A stretch of DNA of 52,639 bases, the filler included, from Sphacelaria rigidula (lineage: Eukaryota): assembly GCA_964200075.2 (NCBI GenBank). It is 4 parts of 4 records of this genome, joined end to end, with 100 filler letters (N's around TTAATTAATTAA, not from the genome) between each part and the next. Parts side by side here need not be neighbours in the genome. Positions count along the whole stretch, not along the records: positions 13,187 to 26,271 come from CAXNAA020003161.1; positions 26,372 to 39,455 come from CAXNAA020003162.1; 2 more parts are not named here. The stretch is one strand, 5' to 3'. Within the stretch, counting starts at the first letter, position 1. Each line of letters starts with the position of its first letter. The translations under genes were made by a program, and so were the position numbers. The notes beneath the pieces were generated by a model. That model had not been told where the DNA came from and made no database searches. It was given only the letters and a program-made list of their open reading frames with translations. This document shows positions 24,225-37,201 of the stretch, one piece after another.

Positions 24225-26120
24225 TGACAACAACCCAAAGGACAGCGACACCACCATTACTACTCCAAGCGACGGCAGTGACATCTGTTGCCAAGACGGA
24301 GCGCCGGTTCAGAGTGTGGTTGCTGCCATCCCCGCTTCTGCTTTAGTAGGTAATATCAAGAAGGTGTGACAAACTTCATCGTTGCTCTTAGTGGTGGTGG
24401 TGGTGGTGGTGGTGGTGATGGTGTGGAGCGTCATCTCCCTCATTCCGTTCGCATCTGACCTAGGCCCGCTCCAAATTCGTTGTCAAGCCCACGGCTCGGC
24501 ATGCCGCTCCTGTCCTCCGCAGGCTTTCTCCGCCCCGAAGACAGCAGAGTCGGACGCAGCTTCTTGTTTTTATTCAAGACGTGCCCGCTTCGGTCCGTGA
24601 TCAGCCCGAGCCAAGCGGGCACGCCTTGAGCAGGAACACGAAGCCTCGTCCGACTTTGCAATACACGGCGACGGGAAGGCCTGTAGGGGACACGAGAGGC
24701 ACGTCGAGCCGTGGCTTGACCAGCAAGGATGCCGCGGGTTCGGGTCAGACTTCTCCGAAGAGCAATGCTACGGTAGGGGTGCACTTGTTTCGCGAAACTA
24801 TATCCGGTGTAGGGGCTCCTAACGGTTCTAGATGCACAAAAATATGGGTCAAAGCATGCTCGTTTGCAAGTTCATTCGGGATATCGCCAGCACATTGGAG
24901 TAGTAATCCTGGCGTAATTTCACATATTATCATAGGTCGTGTTTTGCATGAGATAAAGGGCTCCTAAAAAATCTAACCTCATAAATGATTTGTGCACCCC
25001 TGCCGCAGGATCACTCCGAAAGTGAGGGAGACAGCACTGGATTTTCTCCTGCGGCAACAGCAGCAGCAGTAACGATGACCACCACGACGATAACAACAAG
25101 GGCAGGAAGAACAGCGACACCACCGTTACTACTCCAAGCCACGGCAACGGCACATTTTGCCAAGACGGAGCGCCGGTTCAGATTGTGGTTGTTGTCATCC
25201 CCGCGTCCGCCTTCAGTGGATGATATCAAAAAGGTATGGCACACGTCATCGTTGCTGGTAGTTGTGATAGTAGTGGTGGTGTGGAGCGTCATCTCCTCTC
25301 ATTCCGCTCGCCTGCGACCCAGGCCCGCTCCATCTTCGTTGTCGACCCTACGGCTTGACATGCCGCTCCTGTCCTCCGTAGGCCTTCTTCACTCCGGAGA
25401 CGATGGAGTCGAACGCAGTTTGTTGCTCCTGCTCCAGGCGTGCCCGCTTCGCTCGGGCTGATTAAGGAGAGAAGCAGGCACGCCTTGAGCAGAAACAAGA
25501 AGCCTCGTCCGATATAACAATATACGGCAAGGAGGAGGCCTGTAGATGACACGGCAGGCACGTCGAGCCGTGGCTTGACCGGCAAGGATGCCGCGGGTTC
25601 GGGTCAGACTGTTTCGAAAGTGAGGGAGATAGCGCTGGAGTTCTCCTGCGGCACCGGCAGCAGCAACAACCACGACCACGACGACAATAACAGCAACAAG
25701 GATAACGAGAACAACGACACTACCAGTACTACTCCAAGCGACGGCAACGACACCTGTTGCTAAGACGGAGCGCCGGTTCAGGTTGTGGTTGTTGTCATCT
25801 CCGCGTCCGTCTTCAGTAGGTGATATCGAAAAGGAGTGACAAACGTCATCGTTGCTCTTAGTGGTGGTGGTGGTGGTGGTGGTGTGGAGCGTCATCACCT
25901 CCATTCCGCTCGCCTGGGACCCAGACCTGCTCCATCTTCGTTGTCGACCCCACGGCTCGACATGCCGCTCTTGTCCTCCGTAAGCTTTGTCCACTCCGAA
26001 GACGATGGAGTCGGACGCAGCTTCTTGTTCCTGAGCAAGGCGTGCGCGCTTCGCTCGGGCTGATCAAGGAGCGAAGTGGGCACGCCTTGCACAAGAACAA
26101 GAAGCTGCGTCCGATTTCAC
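23998..26120. repeat. Tandem array of ~600-625 bp fold-back (self-inverted) units
   Basis: gccttg..agaa.ca.gaagc..cgtcc starts units at ~23998, 24623, 25482 and 26083. Each unit end is the reverse complement of its start. (CAC/GAC)n and (GGT)n tracts lie in opposite halves. Confidence 0.85.
24760..25016. mobile_element. 257-bp MITE with ~25-bp TIRs and 4-bp TSD CGAA (Sola-like termini)
   Basis: Left GAGCAATGCTACGGTAGGGGTGCAC, right GTGCACCCCTGCCGCAGGATCACTC. CGAA at 24756-24759 and 25017-25020. Empty site seen in sister unit (tttcgaaagtgaggg). Confidence 0.9.
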
Positions 26121-26271
26121 AATAAACAGCCGATTTTATTTTTTGGGGTTCAACAATAAAATGGAGTTGAACCTATTTGGGGGGTTTCGACAATTCGCCC
26201 GAAACAGTTCAGTGAGGGAACGCGGTTTCGCTTGTCCTCGGGTGCCAAGTAGTTTTGAAAGTTGGCATGGC

Positions 26272-26371
26272 NNNNNNNNNNNNNNNNNNNNNNNNNNNNN
26301 NNNNNNNNNNNNNNNTTAATTAATTAANNNNNNNNNNNNNNNNNNNNNNNNNNNNNNNNNNNNNNNNNNNN
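26272..26371. other. Assembly gap with spacer
   Basis: N run with TTAATTAATTAA. Confidence 0.95.
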
Positions 26372-27567
26372 AGCGCCACCGCTACGGCCTTAAACAAAAA
26401 TCCGGCTATGCCACCTTCTTCGTCCCTCCATTGCGGTCAGTATGATGCCATAAATGCGACTATTGGGTGCGTATTGCGGAAGGCATTTGCTGATGACACA
26501 ATTTTGGGTGATCACCGTGAACCAGCCTATACTAAGTCTCAGTTCATGAATGCAACGTGGAGCACACACGCATTACTTAGGGTTAGAGAGTGATCGCTCG
26601 TGAGGACCAGGTCCAACACCTACAAGCAGCCTGATGCTTGGAAGAAATCGTTCGGGGGAGCTGTTTGGGGGACTGAGGCTGCGCAGCAAAGAATGTCCGG
26701 AACGTGCTTTACACCGAATATCCCTTGTGGAGTGGACGATTTAATAGGTTGTCGAACTTTAAGCAAGCTCTTGTATTCACGAGATGCGCGCGACGCCGTC
26801 AGATCTTCTGGTTTGGAATCTCATGACGTCCATATGTTGGAAGTCTTTGGTTCAATGGAACGCGGAGTACTCTAGCGATAGAGTGCTCTTCATTTGATGT
26901 CCACACGGCGTTCTTGAAAGAGTAGGCACTGATGTGCATTCAATACTGAAATTCATCTCAGTACGACTCTTTCGGCCCAAAAAATTGCATGGTTTCCAAC
27001 TTCAGTCATATCGTCCATTTGTCGAGATCCATGCTTATGATGTCGGAACCAAATATGGGGGTCAGCATTATTGGTTCCTAATGTACGCGTGGGGCTATTG
27101 AATTGGTCCGCACGTTCAAAGGAAATGAAGTGGTCTTGCACCTGCCGGACGGCTTTCCATGATCTTGACCCAACATGAGATTACTTCGACGAGAGGAAGA
27201 ATAAACTGTTCCGGTATATGGGATCCTCCGAATGTCTCCATATTAAAAGAGGACAAGACAGAACGAACGAAAGCCAAGTCATGTGCGCTTGAGTAGGTAC
27301 ATTGGGACACAATTTACATCAAAAAATTGTAAGGAACACGAGGCAAAAAACCAATAATCCTCACAAACGGCCTGAACCCGAAACAGCAAATATCAACGCG
27401 CAAAACTCCAAAAGGTGCTGAGCTTAGGGTGCCGCAGGGTTTTTCTGCCAAACCGTTTGAAACGAACCCCCCCACCGACTCTAGATTTCCAACGCTCTCT
27501 TACTGTCTCTGAATGTTGTGCAGCACGAGCGCGGTAGCCTCTGGTAATATCACGATGTGGGTCTGCA

Positions 27568-27625
27568 CGGGGGGGGGGGCGTACTCATTTGTTGCTTGCC
27601 TTAGTCATTTGACCATTGACCACGC
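27568..27625 (+). repeat. Short direct repeat, copy 1 (poly-G plus ~46-bp core)
   Basis: cG(n)cgtactcatttgttgcttgccttagtcatttgaccattgaccacgc, core identical to 33291-33349. Confidence 0.9.
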
Positions 27626-28112
27626 ATCCCTTTCGAGACGGAGCAGGGGGGGTAACATAACGGGACCAATAAAAATAAAACGGCGAGGATTGCCCGGTCT
27701 GACTCATGTACACTACAGCTCACACTACCCCCCAGCATCGTCAGGACTTTGCTCTCTACGATTGCTTTTGCTCTAGCGTCAGTTCGGCCTCTGATGATGT
27801 GGGGATCAAGTGCGCAGGCTTCGGCCGATCAACGCGAGATACTCGTCATCATTTTCCACAAATACCAAGGCGTCTAATTGACGGATTGCGGAAAAGTGCA
27901 AGCGGAAGCATTACTATGAATTTTCTTGTGTTGGCCCCAGAGTTCTGAATCATGCTTGTGACGTTTTCTACGAGAGGACACCATGATACGATAAAAATAA
28001 GATACACGCAAAATTCAAGTCCTTGAAATATGCTCCCCAGCATTTGCAATCGAAGCCACCCTTACCATCAACCACGTTAGCCCGACATTCCGACTCTCGA
28101 TCGACGACTATA

Positions 28113-29515
28113 CAGTCTTATTCCTTTTCGATAATATGGAGGCGGTGTTTTGGCAATTTAGGCGTGAAGAGAATCCGCACCTCGTGTCAAATGACGCCGA
28201 AACTTGGAGAATGTGTAGATTGGTATAAGAGGAAGGTGACACAGTCACAGCTGCGGCAGGGGAAGTCGCTCATGGCCCGGTCTGCATCGATACGGTGGAT
28301 AATCACTACGCGCCGATTTTTGTTCACCCTGCTGTCTGATGACGATTGTAGTGGGTACAGTGCCAGTTGAGCACGCTGACTGTGCATGGATCCTGGCGGG
28401 CTCATCATCAATCTTCGCCCAGGTATGGATTAACGCTCGAAGAAACCCAGCAAACAAGCATCGTTTATGGTCCGCTACACATATGAGGGTTGGTAGGCGG
28501 ACGTTTCGGCTTCAAAACGGTCGACAGTCGAAGGTTGAGCTCCTGTCGCGCGACCAGTGGGTAGCGCGACGGGCCCTTGCCGCCGTACCTGGTACTGGAG
28601 GCGACATCCCGGTACAGACAGCCCCACCACTACCATGGTGGCCGTGCAAACAGGCCGTCAGGCAGAGTGGGGGTTGCACTGGTATTCTTCTAGCCTTATC
28701 AACTTAGACCAGCTCCGCATTGGCTTTGCACGTGAATATTTCGGTGATTGCCTCACTTCCACTTCGGCCATATTTTGGCGACAAGTCACGGTCTCACTGC
28801 CCAACTTCATATGTGAAAATGTACAACGATGGACGAGATATTTCTGTTCAGCTTTGATAAAAGTGTACTGCGCACAGTACTGAAATCTGTTGTCGACTGC
28901 CGAAGGCAGCACGGCGTCGAATGCGCGCAGTATACTGTGAGACGGTCCAGAAATCCCCATGCCGCCAAAGGTAACAGCAAGCTTTCGCGACATAGCACCT
29001 GTGTCCACAGCGATCTTCGCCGAACATACGGGCATTGATCATAGGAGCGGATGGCAGCGGAGGCGGATTTCACTCACAGCATCGAGCACGTTGTACCGCT
29101 ACAGGCCTCACTACTGCGGGTGGTGCGCAGTAAAACAGAGGCGGTAAGCAGCATATGATGTGCTGTACTGATTGTACTGTTTCATATGTGTTCAGACCAG
29201 TACGCACGGGGTGGGGCCCACTTGTACATAACTCTCCACGAACTTCGTCGTGTACTATCGTCGTGGCATGATTTTTTCAGCAGAAATCGCTTGTGATCTA
29301 TACTGTTACATAACTCGTAAGTGATGCAGCTTCCTCCACATACGCAATCCGCCCGTGAGGCGAGCTCTTGATGCTGGAAGTGCCCACCCCTCTTTCCGTG
29401 ATGATGTCCAGTCTTGGGCTCAGACAATTGAAACCTCGGAATATGACAGTAACTACTAGAATGTACATATTCTCCGGCACTCATGCCTCCATATTATCGA
29501 AAAGGAATAACTCTG
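28113..29515. mobile_element. Non-autonomous or decayed Tc1/mariner-type DNA transposon (~31-bp TIRs, TA TSD)
   Basis: TA|CAGTCTTATTCCTTTTCGATAATATGGAGGC ... GCCTCCATATTATCGAAAAGGAATAACTCTG|TA; no intact transposase seen. Confidence 0.75.
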
Positions 29516-31772
29516 TATATTGGTATCCTGTGCGGGGCTATCCAATCCTCACTCCAGACAAACACGTGCGTATTTTTGCGCCCTAATTCTCCCCTTGAGC
29601 AAAAGCGCAGGGGGCGGCACCCTCGATCGATCCCCTGCGAATACCGTTCTTCTTTGGTGCAAGTTGGTCACTCTCACACGAGATTTACCCCTTGTCAGCG
29701 GTGGACAAGGAGATCATTCTCGTGCTAGAGAGGCAGCCTGCTACGGTGCTTACTAGCAATGCAACGGTTCCCGTTGCTGTACTGGTCAACCATCTTGGAG
29801 CGACTCCTGTGTCGGAATCTGGGAAGTATGTGATGATACGTACGTCCTACATACCTCCAATTCGTAAACACCTTAATAACGTCCTCGCACTGCAAGCTAC
29901 TCTTTTAGCAAAAGCTGTGAGAATCAAGTAACGGTTCTCCCCACCCGGTGAACAGTAATTCATTAAACCATAGATGACGACATTGGCGATTGAGGCTACA
30001 GAGAAAACTTTACACGCGCTGTCGGTGGCGGCGCCTTGTGTGTAGCGTGGACTCAACGCATGGGATCTCAACACTGTACTGTACGCGAGCTACTGCGCTG
30101 TTGTCCTGTCTGTTGTCTATAATGTCGGTACTGTCGGTACTGTCGGTACTGATTGTACTACTGTACTTACTGTATTCATTGTTGACTGCATCGGATCTCA
30201 ACACTTGGCTAATTATTGACCACCAACAGAGGAGAACTTCCCCATCCTTCGAGATTAGCTTCGCGGCGGTGCTGTGGTTGCGGTACAGACTGAACACGCC
30301 TTGCTGTCTGTTCCTTGTGATCAAACACGCCTTGAACAAACACCCTTGCGTCAGAAGTTTCACGATGTCGTTTCGGGATGCAAACGGTGAAACTCTTTGG
30401 TGACCATCCTATCGTTAGAAAATGTGTTGCAAATCTCGAGAGTGTAGCAGAATAAATGGTAACATCCAACAGCATGTATACAACCCCCCATAAGGACAGA
30501 GACCTGACTTGAATAACTCTCCTTCATTTATCTCCCTCTCTATTTTCCCTCCAACGTTCATCCACTTCGTCGAGTATCTCTGCGCAACTCACCACAATTA
30601 CGTCCGCCGTTAGCCGCATGTTCTCCTTTGGTTGTCACACCACTTATGCTCCCTCCACTGCACACACCAGCCGTTTGTTTCGCCAACAGCCAACACTTAA
30701 AATCTAAGTTCCTAACCTAGCGGCTTTCACCGCAAGCTGGGTAATGTCTGCTTGGCTAACTACTTATCAGTCGGTGCACCTCTCACGAAGCAACAGATCA
30801 GCCAGATACAGCGCGCTGCTCACCGAGCTCATTCGTCGTTGTCATTTTCCATTTCGAATAGCTCTGGAAAATGACGGCTATTTATTGCTGTTTGTTACGT
30901 CGTCATGATATTAGAGGATGGGCCAACAGCCGACGGTAGTTGCACGGTGCCGCTTGTTGGGGAGAAAAGCCTATTGCACTCTTCCCGCTCATATCTGCGG
31001 ATTACACTCCCCTCGTAAATGCACCTTCCTCTAATATTCTCAAGATAACCCACGGAAGATACAGTACCGTATATACCTCCATACTGTTGTTCGTCACTTC
31101 TTCCGGTGGAAAAAGTGGATCCGTCCATGGATCTCAACGGCACTACTGAGAAGAGTTACCAGCACAGCAATTATGGGGTAGACGATGCGACAAGGCGACG
31201 AGGTAAATTATCGGGGGTGCCACTACGAATAGCTTCATCCGTGCTTGTTTTGTACAGAGCATCGATGTCTACTACAAGTTATTTCCCGCTGCTTCGGTAT
31301 AGTAACACAGTAGATAGGTCTGACTCCCCAGCTTTCGCTCGGTTCCGGCCAGTGCGCCACAACTGTCGGTTCATCCTCGTCTTCCTTAGTTCAGGTGGAG
31401 ATGTGTTGGCGAACTACTATTTTATCAGTGTCGTTCCGTCAATACTTTGGACCATTAACCCTTGGACCGCGATGCGGGTAGTCCATCTGGATATCGATAC
31501 TTTTTTGCAGTGAAATTGATGCCGATTCAGCAGGTGACCTACCGTCGTCGCGGTCAAAGGGCTAAGAGTGTCATCACGCTTGAGCGCCGCCGCGATCTTC
31601 CATTTGCTAGCGACCGCGCTTCCTGTATACTTCGTCCTGTACCGTCCGCAGATGTTCAACGGTTGCCGCGGGAGGATCGAAGACGTCGACAACGACCGTA
31701 TGAAAAGGACATTTGTACATGTTTCTTGAGTGACGAGGTATACGCGTCGAGGTGGGGTGTCGAGAGCCACAG

Positions 31773-31800
31773 TATATATATATATATATATATATATATA
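31773..31800. repeat. (TA)n microsatellite
   Basis: Read directly from the sequence. Confidence 0.95.
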
Positions 31801-33290
31801 CTCGTGCCTCCTCTCAAATCAACAATGCACCGTACCGCGTAGCATCGTTCAGTGTTGTGCATAGACGGACCGATGGCATAGCCAGCGTACGGTCAGGATA
31901 TTTTCGAGGATGGGGTTCGGTCGAACTTTGCCGTGATCGTTTTCAGTCAGCTGTTGCGCTACACGGAGTAACAGCAGCGCGCACCACGCGCCACAGAAAA
32001 TACGATGTATTGATTCTTGATTCGCCATCACGGTTAGTTCCATGCTCATCAGCACTGCTGTGGTGCGGGCTCACTCATAATATATCACCCGTGTGCTGAA
32101 CTTGTTTTTCAAAAACTGGCAGTGGGAAGGAGAAGCGAGACCCAACACCATCAAGTCCGGAGGCGGCTGCGACGCGCTTGCCGCGGAAGCACTCGGAATG
32201 CTCTGCGAGGTGGAGAAGGATCGAATCCTCATGCAAATGCACGAACGAATCCGTCAACTGGTGCGTGTTTCAGAAACACTCGCACATGGGGCAAGAATAA
32301 CGACGTTTTCGTGAGATTGAGAGTAGAACGCTGATTGAGAGTGGCTTTGGTCATTCGCTTTAACTTGGTCATTTTTCCATTCCGTGTGTGCTCTTCTTAC
32401 CCTTTATCATAAGCGTGTGCTTACAGCTACACGCCGATATCCTACTCAGGGGTATCAAGGGCCTCAGTGACAAGCTACTACAGAAAGAATATCACACCTT
32501 GTGGAGGGGCATTTCGGAATTGAAACTATTAATTCACTAATTGAGCCCCTTTCACTCTCAATCGTATCCTCTACTCTCAATCTCACGAAAACATTGTTGA
32601 ATGCACATGTATGTGTTGACGTTAGGAGCCAACGGCAAACCCGACAATTTCAATGTTCCTTGAAGCTATCCCACTTGCTGCACAGAACCTCTTTGGGAAG
32701 GATTGTGAGTCGGAAACGACAACGACCGGATAATGGATCTGCTCCCGCCTTTTCCCCCAACTATATCGGGATGTCCACAACTGTACAGACCGGGCGTGTG
32801 GAAGAGGTGACGTCATTCTCGGAGAGCGCAATTTCTCGACTACAGCGGGTCCACGAGGTTTCTCTCCGTGAACACGAGGATTGCGAGCACCAACTGCGAG
32901 AGGATCTGGACATGTGGCAGCACCATCACCCGAAGGTGCATGGCCGCTGTGTCATTTATATATGTGCTACCGTCAGATATGCGCCATACGTTCGTTATTT
33001 CTGAGGCATGATCAATCGTCTGTGTGTCCTTTTCTGCGCCCATGTTTGCGCAGTTTGGCTTCAACTTGAAGACCAGACGCGAATGACGTCGCGATAGTAC
33101 CCCTAGGCTGGTTTGAGCAGGCGAAATCTACATGTATATCAAAATGACAGAAGCCGAGCACACCGAGCAGCAGGGAACCCGAATGTTTCAAATGGTTTTC
33201 GTCAATATCGCCCACACGAGGCCCCTCATGCAGTCTGACACGAGCTATCTTCCCCTGTACAGCCTTTTTTTGTTTTTTTGGGGGCTGCCT

Positions 33291-33349
33291 CGGGGGGGGG
33301 GGGCGTACTCATTTGTTGCTTGCCTTAGTCATTTGACCATTGACCACGC
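33291..33349 (+). repeat. Short direct repeat, copy 2, bracketed by gcctcG(n)c on both sides
   Basis: Core identical to 27568-27625. Confidence 0.9.
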
Positions 33350-34036
33350 CTCGGGGGGGGGGGCTATCGCAGCATCACCCACACGACCATTCCACGTCAT
33401 CGTCGTTCACCTCCCTCCCTACCCTCGCGAAATCATTCTTCATTGTCGAGATTGATGATCAGCGAAAGCGCAATCGTGTACTGCACACGTACCCGACGAT
33501 AGGTTGAGGAACTTCTCAGGGAAAACAATCGCTTACGTGAGCAGTCTGATCGAAGCAAACGGGACTACTTGGTGGCGTTGATGAAGCTTACGAGAATGTC
33601 GGAAAGACGAAGCCAAGACCGGGACTTGGCTGCGAGGGCGCATCAAAGGCGTGGAGGGGAGGGAATGACGAGCAGCTGGCGATAGAAGGGGACTGCTACA
33701 TGTGCCGGCAATCGTCGAATGACGTTCAGGAGGTGGCCAGTTGGCCTGAAGCACGGTGTGAGGTTATGCCGCTGCAAGGCATTTTTGTAGTACCCGGGTC
33801 ACTTCATCATCCACCACTCTTCATCTACTCGTGTTATTATTACAACTCACGGTCAACTAGTTCTCAATTGGACCAATCAATCTCAAGAAATCCGTGCAAT
33901 CCTTGAAAAAAACTCTCATCCCAAAAATCATCATACTCTCACTTATTGCCACCTTTCAAACATATGGCATATGTTCACACGCATAACACACATAAACGGG
34001 AGCAAGATACATGTGTTTTGTGCACGCGCGCATGCA

Positions 34037-34039
<3 letters not shown>

Positions 34040-34079
<40 letters not shown>
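34040..34079. repeat. (CA)n microsatellite
   Basis: Read directly from the sequence. Confidence 0.95.
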
Positions 34080-34081
<2 letters not shown>

Positions 34082-34106
34082 CGCCGCTCCCGGAAGAGGC
34101 TTATTC

Positions 34107-37100
34107 CTATTTTTTCCCGTGAACCGAAACATCTCCGCTGACGCGGCTGCTGCTCATACCGCCGCCACCGATATTTTTACGCGAAGACGGCCCCGTCGGG
34201 CGCGGAGACGGCGCCGTCCGCTGTAACATGAAAACGGCGGCCCCTTCTCGGGCCGAAACGTGCGTAAAACGCGAGCCGTTCCACGAGACGTATGCGTTCA
34301 TCGGTCGACTACGGATGACTACCCGTCCCCTCTCGTCCCCCATCAACATCCCGTCTGGCCCACTCGGTGTCCCGACCCACTCCAGCTTCAGATCCTCCCA
34401 GGCTCCCCCCACTACATCTCGGTCCCATGCAACCCTGGCGACCATACAGGAAGAGCGTCCGAAAGGCGGGAAGGAACGCGTGGGGGGGAAGGGGGAGTAT
34501 AGGCAGCGCCCGGTAGGACGAAGGACTAGGATAGAGCAAATAGATCGGGATTATTTCTATATTATATTGCTCTCACGTTATTTTGGGCCCCTCCCCATTT
34601 GTGTCTCTTGCCGACGCAATATATGTGAAACTGAAACTGCTATGACGGGGGCGAGATCACCGCTTGAAAAATAGCACACGCACGGACTCGATTAAAAGTT
34701 CTTGGAGAGGGATCTCAAGTGTTGAGGAATCCTGCTACGTGTGTGGGACGCGAGCCAAGAGCATTGGAAACGGCCAAGAATTAACAGAAAAACAAAGCTG
34801 CTGCTGCTGCCCACCACCACCATTGCCACAAATACGTATGTACGTCGCTGGCATTTTCTAGCTGCATAAAATACGCTAAACGCTACTCTTTCATGCTACA
34901 GTGGAACAGAGTCTAGTCTGCGATTGTAATGGCTCACCATGTTAGAGGGTGCTTCACTCCGAGGAAATACAAGAAGGTGTTGGTCGCACGCGAACGTATT
35001 CGCACGTGGTCCTTGTGCTGGCCGGACTCACACTGAAACAGCATGCGGTGCGCCTCGTGCTGCTTCACCTCACCCTGAAATCTGGGAACGACCTTGTAGC
35101 CGCCCCAGAGCGGCAGCAGCCAGCCCACTTCCGGATGGAACGGGCGCTCCTCGACGCTCAGCCAAGACGCGTCGTCGCACATCTTGATGAAAAAAGTGCT
35201 ATGCAGGAGCTCATCTAGATCGGACTCCGTGAAGAAATTGGGCTGTTGTTAGAAGTAGCCAAACGGAAAGCGGTGGTATTGGGGATCTTCATGAGAGGTC
35301 ATGGCGACACAACGAAAGTGCGAAGGGAAAAATCAGATACTGCGAGTACTCTGGAATTTCTGAGTATATTCATAGTACCTGGAGTATCGCCTGCCGAATA
35401 TCACGGGTATGCACAGTACGGTCGAATATACTGAGTGAATCATCCAAAGCACCGAGTATTCCAGAGTAACCGGAGGATCGACGCCCGAAAATACCAAGTT
35501 TGCAGGAGTACCTGCAGCAATTGACTACCGAAAATGCTGAGTTTGCAGGAGTGCCTGGAGCAGCCTTACTGCCGAAAAAATTCGAGCATGTCAGAGTACC
35601 TGGGGTATTGATTGCCGAAAATACTGCATACTCCATAGCTCTTGGAGTACTAGCTCCTGCATAGTACCGAGTATTCCACAGTACCTGGAGTGTAGACTGC
35701 CAACATACTGAGTATTTCGGAGTACCTGGTTCATCAACTACTGAGTACTTCCGAGTACTTGGAGCATCGATTGCCGAATAAAAGTCCTGTGTACTCCACA
35801 GCTCTTTGGAGTACTGACTTCTTCGTAGTACCTGGAGTATAGACACGCCTAACTACCCGACTCTACCCTATCTTGAGCATCTCTAGTAGTGTGTGTGCGC
35901 AAAGGGCAATACACAATTCTGTATGGCAGACAGATTTGCGCCACCGGAAACGAAAGCGTTTATGCAGCAATAACGCTGCTCTCTAGAAGGACAACGCTGC
36001 AACTAAGATGAACCGAACCCGCGTCGCAGCAGTGTATACCGGTAACAGTGAACGAACGGGGCACCGCATACTGTGAATCGTGCAGCGTATGGGACCTGAC
36101 TATACCTCGTAGGGTCTTGAATGCAGATGAAAACTCCTGATGGTCGAAAATAATCAACACAACTTCCCAACCGTGGCCTACACGGACCGCATCCCCATAT
36201 CCAGCTGGGTGGATCCCCATGACAAAGGCATTTCATTACGTTACTCAAGTCGAACGTCACATGAAAAATCAAGAGCCGCCGCCGGTGCAGCGCAACCGGA
36301 GCTCAACGCACCTGATAATGCTCGCTGCCATGATCGCCGCCAGCCAGCCTTTTGGCGCGTCTGCGCTGGCTCGATCCCATATCCAACGCCCTTGATATCG
36401 TATCGATCGATCTCCATCTCGTGCTGCTCTTGCTCGGCCGTCGTTTCAGGGACTTCGAAGCGCTCTTTCCTAGCCCATGCACATCCACCCCACCATCTTT
36501 TTGTCCCCGCCCGGCGAACGACGTGACGTTACCCTTTTCCTCTGCTTCCCCTCCTCTCCCCTCTTCCGTCTCATCCCCTCCGTCTTTGCCACCACCACCC
36601 CGCCGCTGCCGCCGTCGCACCCCGCTCCATCCCTCATCTTCGGCGCCGGCAGTGCCCCTCGACCCCGCCCCGCGTCCGCTAGCCCCTCCGTCATCCGAAA
36701 CAGACCCGACACTTCTCCCTTCTGCACTCTCCCTCGCCCCTGCCGCTTCCTCCCCCCGCTCCTCCTCGAGTCCCTCTTCACCAACGCCCCAAGTCGCCGT
36801 TGCCAACGCTCTAGAAGCGGATGACAGCGTGCCAATTACGTCCGCGTGGTTGTCGTTTTCTGAGTCGTCTGCAACCATTCTCGCAGGTCCAGCAGGGGAA
36901 GGGGCGGGGACGGCGCCGTCGCCGTAGTTATTAAACGGAGATCGGCGACCACGGTGACCGCCGGTACGATCAATAGACAGGGGCTCCGTGACTCTCGTTG
37001 GGAGGGAGTCCGGGCTGAGGGAGTGGTCATGTGGGCGACAAGAGGCGAAAATATCGGGAAAACCGCGCCTACCGCGCTCACTTTTTTCGTCCCTGCGTGC

Positions 37101-37147
37101 CTCCGGACTGAAGGCCCTCTGAAGTCGACTGCCATTGGCGGTGTTGC

Positions 37148-37201
<54 letters not shown>

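Noticed and set aside
23998..26120. Possible CRISPR array or protein-coding repeat
   Set aside because: Units are ~600 bp with no unique spacers or cas genes, and reading frames are not preserved between units
26372..27430. ORF fragments resembling a decayed transposase
   Set aside because: No catalytic motif or paired TIR identified; truncated by a gap
31417..31770. IAAALKR...TATTVGHLLNRHQFHCKK resembles a Tc1/IS630 HTH
   Set aside because: No downstream DDE motif or TIRs found; resemblance too weak
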